From Gemmatimonadaceae bacterium (GTDB taxonomy: Bacteria; Gemmatimonadota; Gemmatimonadetes; Gemmatimonadales; Gemmatimonadaceae): DNA of 64,000 bases. Numbering within the stretch: the stretch's first letter is position 1; each line of letters begins with the position of its first letter. Under the pieces are notes generated by a model. That model had not been told where the DNA came from and made no database searches. It saw only the letters and a program-made list of their open reading frames with translations. The stretch covers positions 2,544 to 66,543 of the forward strand of contig DASUZC010000014.1 in NCBI GenBank assembly GCA_036377095.1. The letters run 5' to 3'. The position numbers were made by a program, and so were the translations under genes. Shown piece after piece: positions 58,933-64,000 of this stretch.

Positions 58933-60536
58933 CATATCGTGTTCTGGTGACGGACGAAATCGATCCGGAGGGTGTGGCGATTCTGGTCGCGGAGCCACAG
59001 ATCAAGGTGGACGAGGTTCCGACACTCCCGAAGAACGAGCTGCTGGCACGAATCGCGGACTACGACGCCATTGTCGGGCGTAGTGCCACACGCATTTCAG
59101 CCGACGTGCTTGAAAAAGCGACCAGGCTCAAAGTTGTTGGCAGGGCAGGCGTGGGCGTAGACAACATTGCGATGGATACGGCGACTTCACTCGGCGTCGC
59201 AGTCATCAACGCTCCGGCGGGGAACACAATTGCCGTCGCCGAGCTGTTCTTCGGCGCGGTAATCTCGCTGCTGCGCCACATCCCACGAGCCGACACCTCA
59301 ATGCACGCAGGGCGGTGGGATCGGTCCGCCCTACTTGGTTACGAGCTCAAAGGTCGCACTCTCGGCATCGTCGGACTTGGACGCATCGGTGGTGAAGTGG
59401 CCACGCGTGCTCGCGCGTTCGGAATGAATGTGATCGGGTATGACCCGTACATCGCCCAAAATCGGTTTGAGGCACTGCGCGTTCAGGAGATGAAATCTCT
59501 CGACGACCTGCTCGCTGAATCGAACGTTCTGACGTTGCACACACCGCTGACCGATGAAACGACGGGCATGATCGGCAAACGCGAGCTTGGACGCCTCCCG
59601 CGCCAGGCGATCGTCGTGAACATGGCGCGCGGTGGCATCGTCGACGAAAAGGCTTTGCTCGAGGTACTAGCCAATGATCACCTCCTCGGCGCGGTAATCG
59701 ATGCTTACGAGAAGGAGCCACTCTCAGCAGATCATCCGCTGCGCACGCGACCGAATGTCCTGCTGACGCCGCACATCGGTGCGTCGACCTCAGAAGCGCA
59801 ACGCAACGTCGCGGTAGATGTCTGCCTGGCGGTTCGTGACGCGCTGATGAGTGGCGAGCTGTCCCGGTCGATCAATGTCGCCGATGTCGGGGGCCAGTGG
59901 TCAGATGTCGAGCCAGCATTGACACTGGCGCGTCGTGCGGCGGCGGTCGGACGAGCCATTCTCGCCACTCAGGGAATGCGTGTCATACAGCGAGTCGACG
60001 TGCGGTCGGGTTCGGGATTGTCAGCGGCAAAGAGTGCGCTGTTGGCGTCAGCTGCGCGCGGCCTGCTGGAGGGCACTGTCGAACAGGAGCGATTGAATCT
60101 CATCAATGCTCGCTCGATAGCCGAGAACCGTGGCATCGATCTCTCGACGACCGAGACCGCCGTGCAGGAGAACCCGTACGTAGTCGAAGTGAGACTGAGC
60201 GGCGGCATGCAGGAAGTCGCGATTGCGGGAACTGCACAGCCCGGCGCGGCACCGCGGCTGACGAGGATCGGCGCGTTTCATGTCGATGTTCAGCCGCGAG
60301 ATACACTCCTGATTCTGACCAACAATGACGTCCCGGGTGTAATCGGGCGCGTCGGTACGTTGCTGGGAGAGGCCGGTGTGAATATCGCCGAGTATCACCA
60401 GGCTCGTCTCGCGCAGGGTGGTCAGGCACTGGCGGCGGTGTCTGTCGACGGAGATATCAGCGAAGCGGTCCGCCAATCGCTGCTGCGACTGCCTGATGTT
60501 TCGTCAGCCGCCGTGGTCTGCTTTAATCCAGGGTGA
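58929..60536 (+). CDS. serA: D-3-phosphoglycerate dehydrogenase, type I (ASB and ACT domains)
   Basis: RAGVGVDN, G.GRIG, N.ARGG, TPHIGAST.EAQ, DVPGVIG...NIA. Confidence 0.95.
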   Translation: MTYRVLVTDEIDPEGVAILVAEPQIKVDEVPTLPKNELLARIADYDAIVGRSATRISADVLEKATRLKVVGRAGVGVDNIAMDTATSLGVAVINAPAGNTIAVAELFFGAVISLLRHIPRADTSMHAGRWDRSALLGYELKGRTLGIVGLGRIGGEVATRARAFGMNVIGYDPYIAQNRFEALRVQEMKSLDDLLAESNVLTLHTPLTDETTGMIGKRELGRLPRQAIVVNMARGGIVDEKALLEVLANDHLLGAVIDAYEKEPLSADHPLRTRPNVLLTPHIGASTSEAQRNVAVDVCLAVRDALMSGELSRSINVADVGGQWSDVEPALTLARRAAAVGRAILATQGMRVIQRVDVRSGSGLSAAKSALLASAARGLLEGTVEQERLNLINARSIAENRGIDLSTTETAVQENPYVVEVRLSGGMQEVAIAGTAQPGAAPRLTRIGAFHVDVQPRDTLLILTNNDVPGVIGRVGTLLGEAGVNIAEYHQARLAQGGQALAAVSVDGDISEAVRQSLLRLPDVSSAAVVCFNPG

Positions 60537-61897
60537 CAATCGAGCTCCTGAGCGACAAAGGGGTACGTCAGGCTTACGAAGCCGATGCTTCGGGTCTACG
60601 CCTGCTGCCTGAATTCGTTGCCCGTCCCGAGTCAACCGAAGAAGTCGCGGAAATCATGACGCGCGCGCGCACGGACCGGATCCCGGTGACGTGTGCTGGC
60701 GCTCAATCCAGCACGACTGCGGCGTCGATCACAGACAAGGGGATTCTGCTGTCGATGCGCAGCATCGATCGAATCTCCGAGGTCGACGAAGGCGAGCGGA
60801 CAATCAGGGCAGGGCCCGGTGCTTTCGTGGCTGATGTGAAGAGAAAAGCGGCCGCTGCCGGTCTGCTCTTCGCCCCCGATCCGACGAGCGAAGAGGAGTC
60901 CACCATCGGGGGAGCGATCGCCTGCAACGCCTCAGGAGCGCGCACTTTCAAGTACGGAGCGACACGAAAGTACGTGCAATCGCTGACCGTGCTCATGGCG
61001 AGCGGCGAGATCAAAGAATTTCGTCGGTCGAATCTGGAGAAGAACACCGTCGGTTACGCCTTCGCGCATGACCCAATCGATTGGTTCATTGGCAGTGAAG
61101 GGACGCTCGGAATAGTCGTCGACGCCGAGCTTTCACTGCTCCCATTACCGACCGAAGTAATTGGTCTGGCGATTTTCTTCGCGCGCGAAGAGGGCGCGCT
61201 GGAATTCGTAGTCACTGCGCGGGAGAATCGGCTGCTCTCGCCGCGATGCATCGAGTACTTCGACGAGCTCGCTCTGGCGATTGCGCGAGAGAGCCCCACC
61301 GGCTTGGCATTGCCGGCTGCCGCGAAGGGAATGATTTACGTCGAAGAAGAGATTGTAGACGATGTCGATGCTACGTTGATCCGGTGGGCGGACACGATCG
61401 GCGAATCATCCGACATCGAGCCGCTCGTTTTTCAGGGCGATGCAAAACTGCGGGAGGCGAGACGGTTTCGGCACAGCGTGCCGGCGACTATGAATGAACG
61501 GGGCGGCAGACACCGTGACGCCGGTGGCAGAAAGGTCTCGACGGATTGGGCGGTTCCCTACCGGCGATTGGCCGACGCGATTGCGATAGCGCGCCGTTTC
61601 GTGCGCGAAGCAGGCATCGCTCAACCCGTGATCTATGGCCACGCGGGCAACGGCCATCCACATCAGAACTTCATAGCACGTGATTCATCCGAGCTCGCTA
61701 CCATAGAAAGAGTAGTCGAGCAAACGCTGCAGCAGGTGCTGGCCTTGGGTGGCACGGTCGCCGCCGAGCACGGCATCGGAAAAATCAAGCGGCGGTGGCT
61801 GCCGCTGCAGATGAACTCACTGCAGATCGCGATGATGAGCGCGGTGAAGAAGGAGCTCGATCCGCTTCAACTGCTCGCGCCCGGCAACATTCTATGA
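60533..61897 (+). CDS. FAD-linked D-2-hydroxyacid dehydrogenase (GlcD/D-LDH/D2HGDH family)
   Basis: PDP.S, TIGG.IA.NASG, IGSEGTLG, GHAGNG.PH, AEHGIG.K, K..LDP...PG. Confidence 0.9.
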   Translation: MTIELLSDKGVRQAYEADASGLRLLPEFVARPESTEEVAEIMTRARTDRIPVTCAGAQSSTTAASITDKGILLSMRSIDRISEVDEGERTIRAGPGAFVADVKRKAAAAGLLFAPDPTSEEESTIGGAIACNASGARTFKYGATRKYVQSLTVLMASGEIKEFRRSNLEKNTVGYAFAHDPIDWFIGSEGTLGIVVDAELSLLPLPTEVIGLAIFFAREEGALEFVVTARENRLLSPRCIEYFDELALAIARESPTGLALPAAAKGMIYVEEEIVDDVDATLIRWADTIGESSDIEPLVFQGDAKLREARRFRHSVPATMNERGGRHRDAGGRKVSTDWAVPYRRLADAIAIARRFVREAGIAQPVIYGHAGNGHPHQNFIARDSSELATIERVVEQTLQQVLALGGTVAAEHGIGKIKRRWLPLQMNSLQIAMMSAVKKELDPLQLLAPGNIL

Positions 61898-62538
61898 GTA
61901 AGTACAACTCGGTTGTATTCGATGTCGATTCCACTTTGAGCGGAATCGAAGGCATCGATTGGCTTTCTTCTCTCAGAGGGCCTGAGATGTCGGCGTGGAG
62001 CTCTGGGCTGACCGAGCGCGCGATGAAAGGAGATCTGCCAATCGAGGCTGTCTACAGCGAACGGATGAATGCAGTCAAACCATCAGCCCGTGAAATCGAG
62101 GCACTCGGCCGCGAATACATTGAGCGCATTGCACCTGGCGCAAAGGAGACGCTCGCGGAGTTGCAGGCGAGGGGGATCAAGCTTGTGATGGTGAGCGGCG
62201 GACTACGTGAAGCTATCATTCCACTGGCACATGAGCTGGGTGTCTCCGAGGACTCGCTGTATGCGGTTTCTGTTTTCTTCGAGCAGAGCGGCGAGTACGC
62301 CGGATTCGAGAATACTTCCCTGCTCACGCGGCAGGAGGGGAAACGAGTTACTGTCCAGGGCCTTGGCCTGAGAGTTCCGGTCCTCGCTGTCGGCGATGGC
62401 ATGACTGACTGTGAGATGAAACCCGTGGTGACGAGCTTTGCCGCATTTACCGGATTTACACGACGGGAGCCAGTCATCGAGCGCGCTGATTTCGTGGTGA
62501 ACAGTTTTGATCAACTCAGAGATCTGATCCTGAAATGA
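61894..62538 (+). CDS. serB: HAD-IB phosphoserine phosphatase-like protein
   Basis: FDVDSTL...E.ID, T.RAM.G, VSGG, K, GDGMTD; ATGA-coupled. Confidence 0.82.
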   Translation: MSKYNSVVFDVDSTLSGIEGIDWLSSLRGPEMSAWSSGLTERAMKGDLPIEAVYSERMNAVKPSAREIEALGREYIERIAPGAKETLAELQARGIKLVMVSGGLREAIIPLAHELGVSEDSLYAVSVFFEQSGEYAGFENTSLLTRQEGKRVTVQGLGLRVPVLAVGDGMTDCEMKPVVTSFAAFTGFTRREPVIERADFVVNSFDQLRDLILK

Positions 62539-63632
62539 AATTGTCAAAGAGCTTCGGCACCTTTTTTCTCCCGGGACCGACAGAGGTACGGGAGGAAATC
62601 ATGACAGCGATGCTGCGCCCCATGCTCCCGCATCGTGGTCCTGAATTCGAGGATCTATTCAGTCGACTACAGGAAAGGATTCGTCCCGTCTTCAAGACTG
62701 AACGACCGGTCTATATCAATAGCGCTTCAGGCACCGGCATGATGGAGGCGGCAATACGCTGCGCTCCTCAAGGCCGCGTTCTTTGCCTGGTGAACGGGGC
62801 CTTCTCCGAGCGTTTCGCGCACATAGCGCTGATGTGCGGACGAGAAGTCGATCGCTACGATGTTGCATGGGGACAGGTCCACGCGATACCGCAGCTCGAC
62901 CAACGTCTCTCGATGCGTCAGTACGCCGCGATCACCGTCACTCACTCGGAGACTTCAACCGGTGCGCTGAACGATGTCCGTGCAGTCTCCGATTGCGCAC
63001 ACCGGCACGGCTGCGTGTGTCTGATCGACAGCGTTAGCGGACTGGGCGGAGCAGAGCTGAGGTTCGACGAATGGAATCTCGATTATGTGCTCACCGGCTC
63101 ACAGAAGGCATTGGCCCTTCCCCCCGGACTGTCGTTCGGTGTGGCGTCGGCAAGCTTCATTGATCGAGCGAGTAGCGTGCAGGACCGCGGTGTGTATTTC
63201 GATCTCGTCGAGCTCGATGCGTATGCGCGAAGAAACCAGACACCGAGCACACCCGCGCTGACGCTTTTTTACGCGCTCGACGCTCAGCTGGATGCGATCC
63301 TCGCCGAGGGACTTGAAACGCGATGGGCCAGGCACAAGGCGTTGGCTGCGAAAACGCAGGAATGGGTTGCGCAGATCAGCGAGGAAACCGGCAAGAAATT
63401 GAGCAACATCGCGCCGCTCGGCTCACAGTCGCCGACGGTATCTGCTATTCGATTGCCGGAAAACCTTCCCGCCGAGCGTTTCACTGCCGCCGTCGGCAAA
63501 CTCGGTATCGTGGTCGGAAACGGATATGGAAAATTGAAAAGCGTGACGTTCCGTATCGGCCACATGGGGGATCACACTGTCGAAACAATCCAGCGTTGCC
63601 TTGACGCCTGCTCGACTGTCTTGCGTTCTTGA
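62535..63632 (+). CDS. Class V aminotransferase (alanine-glyoxylate/serine-pyruvate type)
   Basis: LPGPT, SGTG.ME, HSETSTG, D.VS, GSQKAL..PPG, FRIGHMG. Confidence 0.9.
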   Translation: MKLSKSFGTFFLPGPTEVREEIMTAMLRPMLPHRGPEFEDLFSRLQERIRPVFKTERPVYINSASGTGMMEAAIRCAPQGRVLCLVNGAFSERFAHIALMCGREVDRYDVAWGQVHAIPQLDQRLSMRQYAAITVTHSETSTGALNDVRAVSDCAHRHGCVCLIDSVSGLGGAELRFDEWNLDYVLTGSQKALALPPGLSFGVASASFIDRASSVQDRGVYFDLVELDAYARRNQTPSTPALTLFYALDAQLDAILAEGLETRWARHKALAAKTQEWVAQISEETGKKLSNIAPLGSQSPTVSAIRLPENLPAERFTAAVGKLGIVVGNGYGKLKSVTFRIGHMGDHTVETIQRCLDACSTVLRS

Positions 63633-64000
63633 CACAGATCTCGGTATCGAACGTCAGCGTCGAGTTTGGAGCCACAACAGTCTTTTCGGGAGTGACCTTT
63701 ACGGTCGCGCGTGGCGAACGGTGGGGAATACTCGGGCGGAACGGCAGTGGTAAGACGACCCTATTCCGCCTGATAACCGGTAGCCAGCAGCCGACAACGG
63801 GAGTGATCTCGCGACAACCAGGACTCCGTGTCGCGTTGCTGGAGCAGCATCGCGAATTCGTCGGCGCACAAACGGTGTGGGAAGCAGCTGCGGGAGAATT
63901 CGCTGAGCTGCTCGCGCTCGAGCGATCACTGGCAGAGCAGGCGAACCAACTCGCCGAGGTAGGCGAATCAGTCACGCCGCAGATGCTGGCCCGCTACGAC
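63629..64000 (+). CDS. ABC-F family ATPase, partial (runs off the window)
   Basis: Hand translation from TTG at 63629: MTQISVSNVSVEFG...GILGRNGSGKTTLF...LLEQ, then a helical arm; absent from the ORF track. Confidence 0.85.
   Translation, partial: MTQISVSNVSVEFGATTVFSGVTFTVARGERWGILGRNGSGKTTLFRLITGSQQPTTGVISRQPGLRVALLEQHREFVGAQTVWEAAAGEFAELLALERSLAEQANQLAEVGESVTPQMLARYD

Overview
A 64 kb, GC-rich, gene-dense bacterial chromosomal segment containing the replication origin: mnmE-(MBL)-yidC-yidD-rnpA-rpmH <> dnaA-oriC-dnaN, with rnpB, polA, parAB plus two parS sites and mnmG nearby. Protein style and gene order suggest Gemmatimonadota; this is an inference with no database check. The window is mostly housekeeping: tRNA-Phe, queF, ddl, cystathionine beta-synthase, mutS, holA, an ECF sigma/anti-sigma pair, two M16 peptidase pairs, upp and pyrE. 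I found no prophage, IS element, CRISPR array or defence island. The most interesting observations are: (1) a translationally coupled serine operon in which serA is followed by a FAD-linked D-2-hydroxyacid dehydrogenase, a SerB-like phosphatase and a non-SerC class V aminotransferase, headed by a cysteine-less ArsC/Spx-like gene; (2) a signalling cluster of an AraC regulator with a Ser-for-Asp pseudo-receiver and a structured leader, a sensor-less His kinase, a Ser/Thr kinase and a GWxTD lipoprotein; (3) a sigma54/IHF-type promoter ahead of the ECF sigma gene; (4) rnpA with no start codon outside rpmH; (5) a recurring TANNTT-N6-start leaderless signature; (6) a palindromic motif shared by the rpmH/dnaA promoter region and a peptidase gene; (7) unusual insertions in QueF and PolA.
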